Source: a virus
Taxonomy: Duplodnaviria; Caudoviricetes
DNA: 52,779 bases
IMG/VR virus record: IMGVR_UViG_3300014827_000174
Coordinates: 1-52,779 of that record
Reading direction: 5' to 3' (one strand)
Of the stretch, positions 1 to 10,344 are shown piece after piece. How positions within the stretch are numbered: position 1 is the stretch's first letter; each line of letters begins with the position of its first letter. The notes beneath the pieces are model-generated. The model was not told the origin of the DNA, did not search any database, and was given only the letters and a program-made list of their open reading frames with translations. Position numbers and translations under genes: made by a program.

Positions 1-147
1 GGATTATCACCTAATGAAGCGATTATAAGTGCAGTCTTATTGATACCAATGAGTTTAATAATGGGTTACACAATGATAAAAACTGAAAATATTTTAGCAC
101 CTGGTATATACCATTCAATTCATAATTGGATAAATGTATTATTGTAA
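1..147 (+). CDS. CPBP (CAAX/Abi) family intramembrane metalloprotease, 3' end only
   Basis: Frame 1 reads ...LIMGYTMIKTENILAPGIYHSIHNWINVLL*; hydrophobic with the HxxxN motif 4 of CPBP proteins. Confidence 0.7.
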   Translation, partial: GLSPNEAIISAVLLIPMSLIMGYTMIKTENILAPGIYHSIHNWINVLL

Positions 148-370
148 ATGTATTAGATAAGGTTATATCAATTGTTGTCCTGTATTTTCATTGCCCCACA
201 TAATCTATTTATGGGTGACAAGGGGTATGGCACTCTAATTGACGGAGTCTTACAACTTTGGAGAGCTCTTTAGACTCGCCCAAACGTTAAACTCACATTA
301 TTTTAAAAAATATTACTCTGGAGTGGAGCTACATCAACGACATACGCAGAAACAGCTAGGAGGTAAAATA

Positions 371-997
371 TTGATTGTTGATGGACTAGTAAATGCAATT
401 GTTAATCTTATAATGTTTAGCGTTATGATCTTATTTATAAAAAAAATGCAATCAATTAGAAAAAAGAATTATACGCCGGCTGGCTGGATAAGTATAGACA
501 AAAATGGTATTAAGTTATTATTCTTGGGAATGTTTGCAGCATTATTTTATAAGTCAGTGGTAGGGTTAATTGGAATTATAAGTGGAACGATGATTTTCAC
601 TATAAATCAAGCAAGTATAATAGATACATTAATTTTTATGCTTGCTAGTTGTTTTGGCTATTTAGGTGTGGCGTTGTTTGAAGAAGGATTATTCAGAGGA
701 TATATGATGCAAGTGATATTAAGGAGGATGCCTATATTACTTGCGATAATTATACAGGCAGTGGTATTTGGATTGATACATTATAGTAATTATTCAGGCC
801 AGCCACATGCTTTGGTAAAGATTCTTGATGCAATCTTAATAGGTTTAATATTTGGGATTATTGTAGTAAAAATGAAATCAATTATGTTAGTTATAGGGTT
901 TCATTTAATGAACAATGTTGCAGAAGAAATATTGTTTTTGGATAAATTACATGTATTTAACAGAGCTGTTTATTTCCAAAAATCCAATTTTTATTAG
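371..997 (+). CDS. CPBP (CAAX/Abi) family intramembrane metalloprotease
   Basis: EExxFRG (FEEGLFRG), FGLIH and HLMNN motifs; TTG at 371 follows GGAGG, preferred over the ORF-track start 239. Confidence 0.85.
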   Translation: MIVDGLVNAIVNLIMFSVMILFIKKMQSIRKKNYTPAGWISIDKNGIKLLFLGMFAALFYKSVVGLIGIISGTMIFTINQASIIDTLIFMLASCFGYLGVALFEEGLFRGYMMQVILRRMPILLAIIIQAVVFGLIHYSNYSGQPHALVKILDAILIGLIFGIIVVKMKSIMLVIGFHLMNNVAEEILFLDKLHVFNRAVYFQKSNFY

Positions 998-1429
998 ATA
1001 TTGGAATTTATAGAATTGATTTTATTAATTATTATATTTATATCTTTAACATTTTTATTTCGCAAGGACATTCTTTACAAGCGTCTGATTCGTGCTACTT
1101 GATAAATATGGCCATATAACACGACATTTATGATTGCAGTGGATAGGACAGAGAACTGAGTAACTCACATTACAGTTAGTTCACTTTTCGTATGTTTTGA
1201 CGCATTAGTACTATATAGCGGGTGCGATCTTTGAGGTGAAACCCAACCTCTGATTATCCATATACCCGTAACCACAGACGTTCAAGTGAACCTCCAGTTA
1301 TCCTACTACTGCGAAGAAATATTCTTTTTATCTGCGCCAGGACGGTGCGGTCAATGCGTACGGTTTCGTATAGCTACGGAATGTTTTACGAAAGAAAATA
1401 TCTCTTTGCTAAATTGGAATTTGTGATGG

Positions 1430-1741
1430 TTAGCTCTCCTTGTACTCTTTTACAATTTTGCTAAGATTCTCAATTAAATATTCGTAAGCACGCATTTGAA
1501 TTATGTCTTCATCTGAAGGGTTGTTGTAGAAATTATTTTCGTAAAGTTCTTTCCTCTTAAGATTGATATTGTGCATAGTGTTAACCAATATATTATCAAG
1601 AGTGGCTTCGACTAGTTCATGATATGTATCAATTTGCCCTTGCTTATATGCTTCTTGCAGTTTTTCCTCTAAAACATCTAGAGTTATTTCTCTCCCTTGA
1701 TTAAGTAGCCAGATAGCAATTTCCTTTATTCTGTTAGTCAT
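1430..1741 (-). CDS. hypothetical protein
   Basis: 103-aa ORF with GGGGGAG RBS; no recognised motif. Confidence 0.6.
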   Translation of the reverse strand: MTNRIKEIAIWLLNQGREITLDVLEEKLQEAYKQGQIDTYHELVEATLDNILVNTMHNINLKRKELYENNFYNNPSDEDIIQMRAYEYLIENLSKIVKEYKES

Positions 1742-1752
1742 TGTACTCCCCC

Positions 1753-1815
1753 CTAATATTGCGACTGAATATACGGCGCCTTCCAGTCACTTAACATCTT
1801 TCTTGCTTTTGGCAT
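1753..1815 (-). pseudogene. truncated 5' fragment resembling a putative immunity (Imm5-like) protein
   Basis: AGGAGG RBS then MPKARKMLSDWKAPYIQSQY*; resemblance is from recall of Firmicutes 'putative immunity protein' N-termini, not a search. Confidence 0.4.
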
Positions 1816-1893
1816 GCTCACCCTCCTATTTTTCGTAATTAATTTCACCACATCTAGCCTGCTCTATCGCCGGACTATAACTTCAAAAGTGAA

Positions 1894-3585
1894 TCATCCT
1901 AACAACTCACGCATTTTTTCCGCGAGTATTTTTTTTCTTGCTTCATAAAATGTTTCATAGTCTTCTATTTCAAGTGAAACATCCTGCGGAATCATAGCCT
2001 GTTTACAAAATTCAGCCTTTTGCCCATCATTCATATCATTGTAATAATCAACAAGGCGCATATCATTTTTGCTCCCATTACTTCTACCTTCAAGCAGATG
2101 TAAATTAGGAAGGCGATTACGCGTTCCTCGCCATCTTCGCCAATCTTCCATAGAAACAGAAATAGGTTTGCCTTCGTTGAATCTGTTGTCGGGGTGAAGA
2201 TGGTCTTGCTCATATTTAAAGTTTCTATTTATCCAGTCAAGGTTCAAGTAGTAAAGAACTTCTCCAGCAACTCTGCTGCCTTTTTCTGTGTTAAGTACAT
2301 CTTCAATTTTTCCATCTGTGACTCTCAAATCATTCATCTGATCGAGCATTTCAATAGTAATTTCATATTCAAAGCTATTAATATTACTCTTCATCTGTTG
2401 CAGCTTACCTGTAGTACCTGATTGGAAATAAGTAAAGAATATCGCTCTAAGTAAATAAGCACGAACACCCTTAATGTTTTTATCGTAATCAGGATTATAG
2501 TAAATATAGTAGATAATCGGCAAAAGCACGTTCCAACTACTTGAAAAACGGCTTATATCGATTTTCATTTCCTTAAGTAGACTTTCTAAATTTGTCAGTG
2601 CTTTCTTGAACCCATTCCAATCGTTTTTCATATCCTCTGCTATCTTTTTGTTAATGTTTGATTTTACAACATCCCCATACAACATCAGAGCAGAACGGAT
2701 GATAAAGTCCGAACCAAATCCTTCATATGAATCAACGAGAATTTTCCCAAACTCGGTTTTTGCACTTGGCCAGTATGCCTCAAGAATTGACATCGTTATT
2801 TCGAATTTACGCAGTGCTTTACCACCACTATTAAACCTTACAAACATCTCAAGAGCATCATCTTGTTTCATGTCTGTAATTTCCGTATATCTAACCAGCT
2901 TTTCAACAAAAAGCTTTTTATACAGCTTTTGCAGTATGTTTCTAGCGTATTCCTTGCTATCTGTTGGAACATTCACGATGGCTTCTTCAATTGCTTTTTC
3001 TCTTGTGGTTTCATCTTGGAATTTCTTATCAACGATGTTTTTTACCTCAAACTGGGTCGGACTCAATTTCCCAACCTTATCACTAAACTTAATGTCGAAT
3101 TTTTTGGTGTTGTATTCTTCTTCATCGACTGATATCTTATTTTTATTCAGTTCTATTAGTAGCTTTGTTACAATCTTACTTCCATTATTTCTTCTAGCAT
3201 AATTCGGACGCAAGTATGCTTCGCCAAACAATGATAAAAACAGTGAGGTTAGCCTTTGCTGTCCATCCAATATGGCTGTATCGGTATTAGTAACGTTTAT
3301 GCTTGTCAACTCATAATTGACACTGTCAGCCTGTTTTCTGCTATCAAATGTAACATCTGATAAAAAGCTACAAAAATATGTATCCCATGTCACATTGGAG
3401 TCATCAACGTGCCAAAATAGAAATGTAGCAATAGGGTAATCCAGCAAAATGGAATCCCATAGTTTTTCAATTTGCTCCATACCCCAGACAAATTGTCTTT
3501 GAAACGCAGGCATTACATATTTTCCGTCTTTGATGCTTTGCAAAGCCTCATGTATCGTTATGCTGTTATCTATTAATCTGCTCAT
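1894..3585 (-). CDS. GmrSD-like (DUF262 + DUF1524/HNH) restriction endonuclease
   Basis: MPAFQRQFVW, LDGQQRLT and FVRFNSGG DUF262 motifs; C-terminal EQDHLHP...NLHLLEGRSNGSKN; ATG 3585 after GAGAGG. Confidence 0.85.
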   Translation of the reverse strand: MSRLIDNSITIHEALQSIKDGKYVMPAFQRQFVWGMEQIEKLWDSILLDYPIATFLFWHVDDSNVTWDTYFCSFLSDVTFDSRKQADSVNYELTSINVTNTDTAILDGQQRLTSLFLSLFGEAYLRPNYARRNNGSKIVTKLLIELNKNKISVDEEEYNTKKFDIKFSDKVGKLSPTQFEVKNIVDKKFQDETTREKAIEEAIVNVPTDSKEYARNILQKLYKKLFVEKLVRYTEITDMKQDDALEMFVRFNSGGKALRKFEITMSILEAYWPSAKTEFGKILVDSYEGFGSDFIIRSALMLYGDVVKSNINKKIAEDMKNDWNGFKKALTNLESLLKEMKIDISRFSSSWNVLLPIIYYIYYNPDYDKNIKGVRAYLLRAIFFTYFQSGTTGKLQQMKSNINSFEYEITIEMLDQMNDLRVTDGKIEDVLNTEKGSRVAGEVLYYLNLDWINRNFKYEQDHLHPDNRFNEGKPISVSMEDWRRWRGTRNRLPNLHLLEGRSNGSKNDMRLVDYYNDMNDGQKAEFCKQAMIPQDVSLEIEDYETFYEARKKILAEKMRELLG

Positions 3586-3695
3586 TCTCTTACCTCTCAA
3601 TCACAAAAATTCGATTTGTATTTCATGAGTATATCTTCTACCTAGTGCCAAATCGTTACTGTTTCACCTTCATCCTCAAATGCCTTTCCAAGGAG

Positions 3696-4037
3696 CTATT
3701 TAATCCTTTTAAGTTCTATTGGTTTAATTCCTTTATGTATTAAATGTTTCTCATTTACCATAATTGCAGCAATTGCAGATGCATGTCTTGGGCTAAAACT
3801 TGTACTTATCTTTGAAACATATTCACCCAATCCACCTCTAATCGGTACAGTCATTGAAGCTCCTAACAGATACCACTTATCAGCATCTATAAAAAACTCA
3901 TTCAAAATTTTATTGTAAAGACTATCATCTATTTTAAAGACAATATTTCCCCATTTGACAGATACGCTTTTCAATTCTCTAAGAAATGAGATATCTTTTC
4001 CTCTACCTGACAAGGGTCTAATTTCAAATTCTTTCAT
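3696..4037 (-). CDS. hypothetical protein
   Basis: Basic ORF; ATG 4037 after GAAAGGA. Confidence 0.6.
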   Translation of the reverse strand: MKEFEIRPLSGRGKDISFLRELKSVSVKWGNIVFKIDDSLYNKILNEFFIDADKWYLLGASMTVPIRGGLGEYVSKISTSFSPRHASAIAAIMVNEKHLIHKGIKPIELKRIK

Positions 4038-4294
4038 TGTTAATATTCCTTTCAATTAAACTTGGGCATAAAGCCTCGTCGTCGAAATTTTAACAGCAGA
4101 TAGCTCTACATTTACCTAAAACCAAGTCGATTTTGTCTTATTTCACCGAGTTAATCATTTATATCTTTTCTACAGTAATCTACAAGATAATTAAAAGCTT
4201 CTTCGCATCATTATCTTCTATTACAAATTCTTGTCAACTACAAGCTCTATATAATTTCTCTAAAATTCAGCAATATCCTTCCATTTCCATAAAT

Positions 4295-4345
4295 AAAATA
4301 GCCGTCGCTCAAGAAGTTATTCCCATCAAGCGACGGCCAGTTTTA
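4295..4345. terminator. intrinsic terminator after the recombinase operon (possibly bidirectional)
   Basis: gccgtcgct...agcgacggc inverted repeat with A- and T-rich flanks. Confidence 0.75.
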
Positions 4346-4349
4346 TTCC

Positions 4350-5921
4350 TTATATTTCTATATCAATTTCAACGCAAGATTTAAACTCAATGGTCAGCTT
4401 ATCATCAAATACCGAAATCTTTTCTATGAGCCTTCTTACCAACTGCTCATCATATTCCTGTAACTCTCCTGACTGCTCCATTAGAAATTCGGTCATTTCC
4501 TCAATCCGCTGCCTTTTCCCTTGACGCTCTGCATTTTGTACAAGAGAATTTTGTTTTAGTTCCCGCAGTCGATAAATCTCATCAGCCAGGTTGTTATAAT
4601 CAGCTTTGGAGTTTGCCAACCTCAGCAGTTCATTTTGCAATTCATTCAATTTGCCATCAATATGGTCTGTACTTTTATCGTTCTCTTCATCTAATACAGT
4701 AGCTATATTATTCTGCAAAGTGGAAAGAAAAGCATCCTTGCTGCATAATATATCGTTTATAGCCTTGACCACTGCTCTTTGTAGAATCTCCTCATTTATA
4801 GTCGGAGAAGAACAATCTGAACCTTTCTCTTCAAGGCGACTTACACACCTCCAAACAATTGACTTATTACCCCTATTGTTCCAATGTATTCTTCTGTAAA
4901 TTTCACCACACTCTCCGCAATATACAATACTGGATAGCGCATATCTGCTGCTGTAGACTCGCTTCTTACCACTTTTACCTGTATGTAAATTTGCCCGACG
5001 CACCATCTCTTCCTGTACCTGCATATAAAGTTCGCGAGGAATAATTGGCTCGTGGCTGTTTTCTACATAATATTGAGGAACAATACCATTGTTAACCACT
5101 CGTTTCTTTGAAAGGAAATCGACAGTGTAGGTCTTTTGCAGCAATGCATCACCAATATACTTTTCATTTTGTAGCATTTTTTTAAGGGTTTCAGGTCTCC
5201 ATTTTGCCTTTTCGGCAGCGGTTAATATCCCATCCGCTTCCAGTCCTCGTGCTATTTGCAACAAACTTGCTCCCTCAAGGTACTCTCGGTAGATACGCTT
5301 AATTATTTCTGCCTCTTCAGGGACAATGACCAGATGCTTATTTTCATCTTTGGTGTATCCCATAAATCGATTGTGGTTTATTTGGATTTCACCTTGCTGG
5401 TAGCGGAACTGAATGCCAAGCTTTACGTTTTGGCTTAAGGACTGGCTTTCCTGCTGAGCCAATGATGCCATGATGGTTAGAAGTACTTCACCCTTAGAGT
5501 CCATGGTATTAATATTTTCCTTTTCAAAAAATACCTGGATGTTTTTATCCTTGAGTTGGCGGATATATTTTAAGCAATCCAGCGTATTCCGGGCGAACCT
5601 GCTGATTGACTTGGTAATCACCATATCAATTTTGCCTTCTAAACATTCTTCTATCATGCGGTTAAACTCATCACGCTTTTTCGTATTTGTACCGCTGATA
5701 CCATCATCCGCAAATATTCCAGCTAGGTCCCATTCAGGATTGCCCTTAATATAACTTGTGTAATGCTCAATCTGGACTTCGTAACTGGATGCCTGCTCCT
5801 CACTGTCTGTTGAAACACGGCAGTATGCAGCAACTCGCAGTTTTGGCCTTTCTTTAGAATTTGTATTATTGCCCATGCGTGAACGCGCCGGTATCACCGT
5901 AACATTTCTGTTATTAGCCAT
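4350..5921 (-). CDS. large serine recombinase
   Basis: AYCRVST catalytic motif, KSISRFARN, recombinase domain, CGECG zinc ribbon, coiled coil. Confidence 0.95.
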   Translation of the reverse strand: MANNRNVTVIPARSRMGNNTNSKERPKLRVAAYCRVSTDSEEQASSYEVQIEHYTSYIKGNPEWDLAGIFADDGISGTNTKKRDEFNRMIEECLEGKIDMVITKSISRFARNTLDCLKYIRQLKDKNIQVFFEKENINTMDSKGEVLLTIMASLAQQESQSLSQNVKLGIQFRYQQGEIQINHNRFMGYTKDENKHLVIVPEEAEIIKRIYREYLEGASLLQIARGLEADGILTAAEKAKWRPETLKKMLQNEKYIGDALLQKTYTVDFLSKKRVVNNGIVPQYYVENSHEPIIPRELYMQVQEEMVRRANLHTGKSGKKRVYSSRYALSSIVYCGECGEIYRRIHWNNRGNKSIVWRCVSRLEEKGSDCSSPTINEEILQRAVVKAINDILCSKDAFLSTLQNNIATVLDEENDKSTDHIDGKLNELQNELLRLANSKADYNNLADEIYRLRELKQNSLVQNAERQGKRQRIEEMTEFLMEQSGELQEYDEQLVRRLIEKISVFDDKLTIEFKSCVEIDIEI

Positions 5922-6339
5922 CTGTTATCACCTCGCTTTCAATTAAATTATAGGCATATTCTGCTTGCTTAAAGGGATCATCGTAAAGTTGCTGCGGTGA
6001 AGGCGTGGAAAAGTGCAGTCTTTGGATAGTTGTTTCTTGCATCTCCGCATCATGAATTCTGCCAAGAATCTTCGCCCGTCTTAATCTTTCAGTTTGTACC
6101 TTTTCAAAAGTGTCATTATCAATTATCCGAGGATAGAAGCCATCTTCAACGTATTGCTTATTTGTCAGCATCTTGGTAATGGAAGCATGATAGCGTTTGA
6201 TGCCCACCTCTTTCGCAGAGTCCGATAAAGAAAGTCCTGAAAGATAAGCATGAAACAGCTCTCTTATTTGTGCCGCCGCCCTTTCATCGATAACTGCTTT
6301 TCCGTTTTTAATGACATAACCGTATGGTGTATGCCCCAC
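5914..6339 (-). CDS. recombinase-domain accessory protein (no catalytic Ser domain)
   Basis: Starts MGHTPYGY; [14 protein letters not shown]; lies between two large serine recombinases. Confidence 0.8.
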   Translation of the reverse strand: MGHTPYGYVIKNGKAVIDERAAAQIRELFHAYLSGLSLSDSAKEVGIKRYHASITKMLTNKQYVEDGFYPRIIDNDTFEKVQTERLRRAKILGRIHDAEMQETTIQRLHFSTPSPQQLYDDPFKQAEYAYNLIESEVITDG

Positions 6340-7917
6340 TTATCTCACCAGCCTTTCTTTAAGGGTAATTCCACATTTCATTTTGAAACCTATCTCTTCT
6401 TGTGAAAAAACAATGATTTTTTCTATGAAGCGGTCAAATAACTCTCCGTCAAAGCTTTCTATCTGATTATTAGCCTTGGATGCAAATTTCAAAAGCTGTT
6501 CCACTTTGACCACTGTGGCCATTCCACCGTTTACCGAATGAGAAAGAGCTACTTTTTGCTCTTTTAATATAGTTGCTTCCTTGCGCAGTTCATTGTTCTG
6601 CTTAATAAATAGAGCGGGGTCCAGGTACCCTTTGGTCATAAGACCCATGAGTACCTGACTGTGCTCCTTATTTTCTTCAATCTTCACTTCAAGCTCCTGC
6701 ATCTGAACAATATTGTCTGAATAGTTCACTGCCCTTAAGCTCCGCAGCAACGGTTTTAGGATAGACTTATGTCCGAAGATTAGCTTGTTTGTCATGGTTA
6801 TAAAAGCCTGATGAATGAAGTCCTCACGAATAAAGCGCATAGAGCACTCTGAAACATCATTGATATGTTTGGAACAACACCAGGCAATGTATTTGCTATC
6901 ACCACTACCATGAGTTCTGCGTTTAAAGGTGCCTCCACACTCTGAGCACTTTATCTGTCCAGAGAAAGGATAGCGGTTTTGATATTTACTGTTTCCCTTT
7001 CCTATACCTTTCTCTTTTCCATGCTGCTCTAATATCTCCGCACACGCTTCATAATCCTCATGAGTGACGATTGCTTCATGATGGTTTTGAATAAGGTATC
7101 GATCCTTTTCACCATAGTTATAATGCCTGTTAAAATGCTCATCAGTATAAGTTTTTTGCAGTATTACATCTCCTGTGTACTTCTCATTACCAAGAATGCC
7201 GCGAATAGTGGATGCTGTCCAGTGCGTTCCACGTTTTGCAGGTATGCCCTCTGCATTCAGGTTATCGGCAATCTTCTGTGTCCCTTTACCGGATAAGGCC
7301 TGGGAAAAAATTCTCCTAACAACCTCTGTTTGTTCCTTATTCACAAGCATTTGCCCGTCTGAATAATTATACCCATATGGAGGGTAAGACAGCTTGTATG
7401 TACCGTTTTGAAACCGACGCTGAATTGACCATTTATTGTTTTGAGAAATAGAAACTGATTCACTCTCCGCAAGGCTGCTCAGGATTGTCAGCATCAATTC
7501 ACTTTCCATAGACTGTGTATTGATGTTTTCCTTCTCAAAGTATATAAAAACACCGAGGCATGTCAGCCTTCGTACTATTTCCAGGCAGTCTGTTGTGTTT
7601 CTTGCAAACCTGCTGATAGACTTGGTTACAATGAAATTAATTTTCCTATTTTCACAGTCTGTCAACAGTCTTAACAGTTCTGTGCGCTTTTCTTTATGAG
7701 TGCCGGAAATCCCCTCATCATAATAAAGACCTGCAAATTCCCATCGCTGATTTGCCTTAATGTATGATTCGTAATGGTTTTTTTGTGTTTCCAGACTGAC
7801 TAATTGCTCATCACTATGTGTAGACACTCGGCAGTATGCCGCTACCCGCAGTTTTGGCTGCATAGCAGCCAATGCCCTATTTCCTGATGTTTTTGTTACC
7901 TTTCTCATCATCTTCAC
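6340..7917 (-). CDS. large serine recombinase
   Basis: [26 protein letters not shown]. Confidence 0.95.
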   Translation of the reverse strand: MKMMRKVTKTSGNRALAAMQPKLRVAAYCRVSTHSDEQLVSLETQKNHYESYIKANQRWEFAGLYYDEGISGTHKEKRTELLRLLTDCENRKINFIVTKSISRFARNTTDCLEIVRRLTCLGVFIYFEKENINTQSMESELMLTILSSLAESESVSISQNNKWSIQRRFQNGTYKLSYPPYGYNYSDGQMLVNKEQTEVVRRIFSQALSGKGTQKIADNLNAEGIPAKRGTHWTASTIRGILGNEKYTGDVILQKTYTDEHFNRHYNYGEKDRYLIQNHHEAIVTHEDYEACAEILEQHGKEKGIGKGNSKYQNRYPFSGQIKCSECGGTFKRRTHGSGDSKYIAWCCSKHINDVSECSMRFIREDFIHQAFITMTNKLIFGHKSILKPLLRSLRAVNYSDNIVQMQELEVKIEENKEHSQVLMGLMTKGYLDPALFIKQNNELRKEATILKEQKVALSHSVNGGMATVVKVEQLLKFASKANNQIESFDGELFDRFIEKIIVFSQEEIGFKMKCGITLKERLVR

Positions 7918-7960
7918 CTCCTTCAGGTATGTGACATGTTACCTCTGAATGCCCAGTATA

Positions 7961-8182
7961 TCAAGCCATAATCTGTACCAACAAAGGTGAGAAAGATTGA
8001 CGATTTAATACGTCAATTTTGTTGAATTCCACCTCTGAAATAAGACCTGCCTTAAGCATCTTTTGAAGGATTTTCTTAGACCGCCAATAGTCGATTTCTC
8101 TTTGAAGCTCATCAGATGTTATTTTTCTGCTTGTTGGTATAGATTGACCATACGGTCTATTGATAATTTTTGTAACCTGCAT
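7961..8182 (-). CDS. SHOCT-like small protein of the recombinase cassette
   Basis: MLKAGLISEVEFNKID motif; usual position upstream of triple recombinases. Confidence 0.75.
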   Translation of the reverse strand: MQVTKIINRPYGQSIPTSRKITSDELQREIDYWRSKKILQKMLKAGLISEVEFNKIDVLNRQSFSPLLVQIMA

Positions 8183-8222
8183 TCCAGATCACCTCCGCTT
8201 TCAGCCGGAAAAACTCCTGCAC

Positions 8223-8254
8223 CTATATGCGGAAAAACAATGCAATCCGAACCC
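8223..8254 (-). promoter_or_regulatory. candidate phage-sigma promoter, copy 3
   Basis: Minus strand GGGTTCGGA-N14-CGCATATAG, same spacing as the copies at 39642 and 43934. Confidence 0.6.
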
Positions 8255-8272
8255 TTCAAATCAAAAAAGGAC

Positions 8273-8308
8273 AAAAAAATGCCCGCAGAGCTTTTAAACT
8301 CCGCGGGC
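8273..8308 (-). terminator. intrinsic terminator ending the late/lysis transcript
   Basis: gcccgcagag/ctccgcgggc stem followed by a T run on the minus strand. Confidence 0.8.
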
Positions 8309-8573
8309 TGTGATTTAGTAATAAATTATATAGGCATCGCTGAACCCTGCCTTAAGACCTTAACTTCAGTTTTGCTGCCTTTTTCTTGTTTTTTTCTATC
8401 TGGGTTAAGTTCATACCCAATAAAAATACAAATAAAAACTATTTATAATCAGTAATAGGCCTATTTTAATCCTACCTGCTAAACGCCATGATTGTAGCAT
8501 CAAAGCCTTCTAAAATACTGATTCCTTCATTAGATAAGGATACTACTTATTATAGAAGGAAACTGAAAGCCCA

Positions 8574-8735
8574 TTACCCACACTTCGACCAATCACCAGT
8601 TATGCATTCTGTACAGCCTCCAACCCGGATGAGTTTGTTTTGGCAAACTGGGCATTTGTTGTTCTCAATTAACCCTTGTTCACAAGGCTCCATGCAATAA
8701 GCCTTTCGGTTACAGTCAACGCAAACATCGTTCAT
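8574..8735 (-). CDS. small Cys-rich zinc-ribbon protein (53 aa, not in ORF track)
   Basis: MNDVCVDCNRKAYCMEPCEQGLIENNKCPVCQNKLIRLGGCTECITGDWSKCG*; GAGGCGG RBS. Confidence 0.6.
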   Translation of the reverse strand: MNDVCVDCNRKAYCMEPCEQGLIENNKCPVCQNKLIRVGGCTECITGDWSKCG

Positions 8736-8808
8736 TTTATCCGCCTCACACATTCATCTGTTTAATGAGGTTAACCCCTCATAGTTCTATACTTGTTTGA
8801 CAATTTGT

Positions 8809-9204
8809 TCACACCATGGTGGGATCTGGAGTTGCAACGGATACAGGTGTGGCTACAACCGGGCTAATAGTAAACGGTTTAATCTTAGCAAGTTCTTGAG
8901 CTATAATTCCTTTAAACAAAGCCAATATCTCTTCCATGGGAAGGTTCTTTCCGAATCCGGTTTTGGCTATTTCTGTTTGAATAATATTGGTCACGGAATT
9001 AGCTAAATCAACCGATGGCAAAATCCCCCCCACTTGCTGCTTAGCATCGACAAAGCCCTGGCCTAAGATATAAGACGATGAGGCAATCACAAGATAGAGC
9101 ACATCTTCCGGCGGCATACCTAGTTTCAATACGAAGTTAAGCAATACGATTAAGACAATTCCAACGAACGCCCATAGTTTACGAGACTTAAGTTTTTCGG
9201 ACAC
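8809..9204 (-). CDS. holin-like membrane protein
   Basis: KLKSRKLW followed by two hydrophobic helices; directly downstream of the endolysin. Confidence 0.65.
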   Translation of the reverse strand: MSEKLKSRKLWAFVGIVLIVLLNFVLKLGMPPEDVLYLVIASSSYILGQGFVDAKQQVGGILPSVDLANSVTNIIQTEIAKTGFGKNLPMEEILALFKGIIAQELAKIKPFTISPVVATPVSVATPDPTMV

Positions 9205-9240
9205 GATTAATTCCTTCTTTCTTTTTTGAGCAAAATAAAT

Positions 9241-9259
9241 AGCAGGTCATTTACCTGCT
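9241..9259 (-). terminator. hairpin/terminator after the endolysin
   Basis: agcaggt-cattt-acctgct with a T-rich tail on the minus strand. Confidence 0.45.
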
Positions 9260-9297
9260 TAAACCTTCTGAGCTATTCACATTAGGGTTTGAGGGCT

Positions 9298-10344
9298 CTA
9301 AAACTTACTAAATCCACCGTTCCATGCTACATAGCCACTTTTTGTGTTAGCTCCTTTGTTAGTGGCATAAACGACATGCAATTTACCTTTCTTCCTGTAG
9401 AGTGGTGTTGCTGATTCTCTAGGATTCAAAGACCCTAAACTACCACCAATCTCATCGAGAACCGCTTCCATTGTAGAGCCATTCTGCCATTGGCTTTGGT
9501 AGATATACTGGATACAGCTAACTACATTGGCTACGTATCCACTTTTTACGCCTGTCGGTGTGGGATACTCAACTAGGCATAACTGCTTTGAACCGCTGAC
9601 ATCTAGGACAGTTATCCTATCCCCTTTGGAAACATATCTTCCTGGAATTGTATTCCCGTTTGCATCCCTAATATAAAGGTCGTCATTGATAACCTTGGCG
9701 TTGTTGGGATAAGTGTATTTTAGTGTAGCAACGGGAGGAACTGAAACAGGTACAGCGCTGGGAGCAGGACCATCTACATAAGCAATACCAAAGTAGTCAC
9801 AAATGCCTTTTGCGTGGGCTACAGCGATGGTGTCTAAGAATGGCTTTGATTTTAACTTGGAAGCATCAGAAGAAGAGTCAATAAATCCACTTTCAGTTAA
9901 AATGGCAGGCGCATTGGTATTAGGGCCCGTTACATAATCATGCGCAATCTTAACCCCTCTGTTTGCCCACTGGCCTGCATTTACAAGATAAGGGAGAACC
10001 CTTTTGGCTAAAGTTTCTGCCTTGCCACCTGTACCATAAATTAAAATTTCTTGTCCTGTTCCCCCTCCTGCATTAATATGAATTGCCACAAATATATCTG
10101 CATTGACGTTATTAGAAATATCACATTTTGCTTGTAGAGATTGAACTAATGAAAAACCAGACGATAATCCTGTTACAAGGTCCCCATCTCTTGTGAGGAC
10201 AACCTTGAATCCATTTAGTTCAAGCATGGGTTTTAGCTTTCTACAAATATAGAGTGTTAAGTCTTGCTCTAGTAACCCATTACCTTCTGCCCCTGTGTCA
10301 TGACCATATGAGTTATGCCCTGGGTCTAAAACTACAACTGGCAT
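9298..10344 (-). CDS. endolysin, N-acetylmuramoyl-L-alanine amidase (Amidase_3) with C-terminal SH3-like wall-binding repeats
   Basis: LDPGH, E, AIHINA and ILTESGF zinc-amidase motifs; Pro/Val linker; two repeats ending KSGYV. Confidence 0.9.
   Translation of the reverse strand: MPVVVLDPGHNSYGHDTGAEGNGLLEQDLTLYICRKLKPMLELNGFKVVLTRDGDLVTGLSSGFSLVQSLQAKCDISNNVNADIFVAIHINAGGGTGQEILIYGTGGKAETLAKRVLPYLVNAGQWANRGVKIAHDYVTGPNTNAPAILTESGFIDSSSDASKLKSKPFLDTIAVAHAKGICDYFGIAYVDGPAPSAVPVSVPPVATLKYTYPNNAKVINDDLYIRDANGNTIPGRYVSKGDRITVLDVSGSKQLCLVEYPTPTGVKSGYVANVVSCIQYIYQSQWQNGSTMEAVLDEIGGSLGSLNPRESATPLYRKKGKLHVVYATNKGANTKSGYVAWNGGFSKF

Noticed and set aside
239-370. N-terminal extension of the CPBP gene, and similar ORF-track extensions at 19180, 23910, 24651 and 48608
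   Set aside because: Better RBS-supported or coupled starts lie downstream
1215-1300. Group II intron or IS110 end remnant
   Set aside because: Only a GTGCG pentamer and short stems; no domain V or transposase
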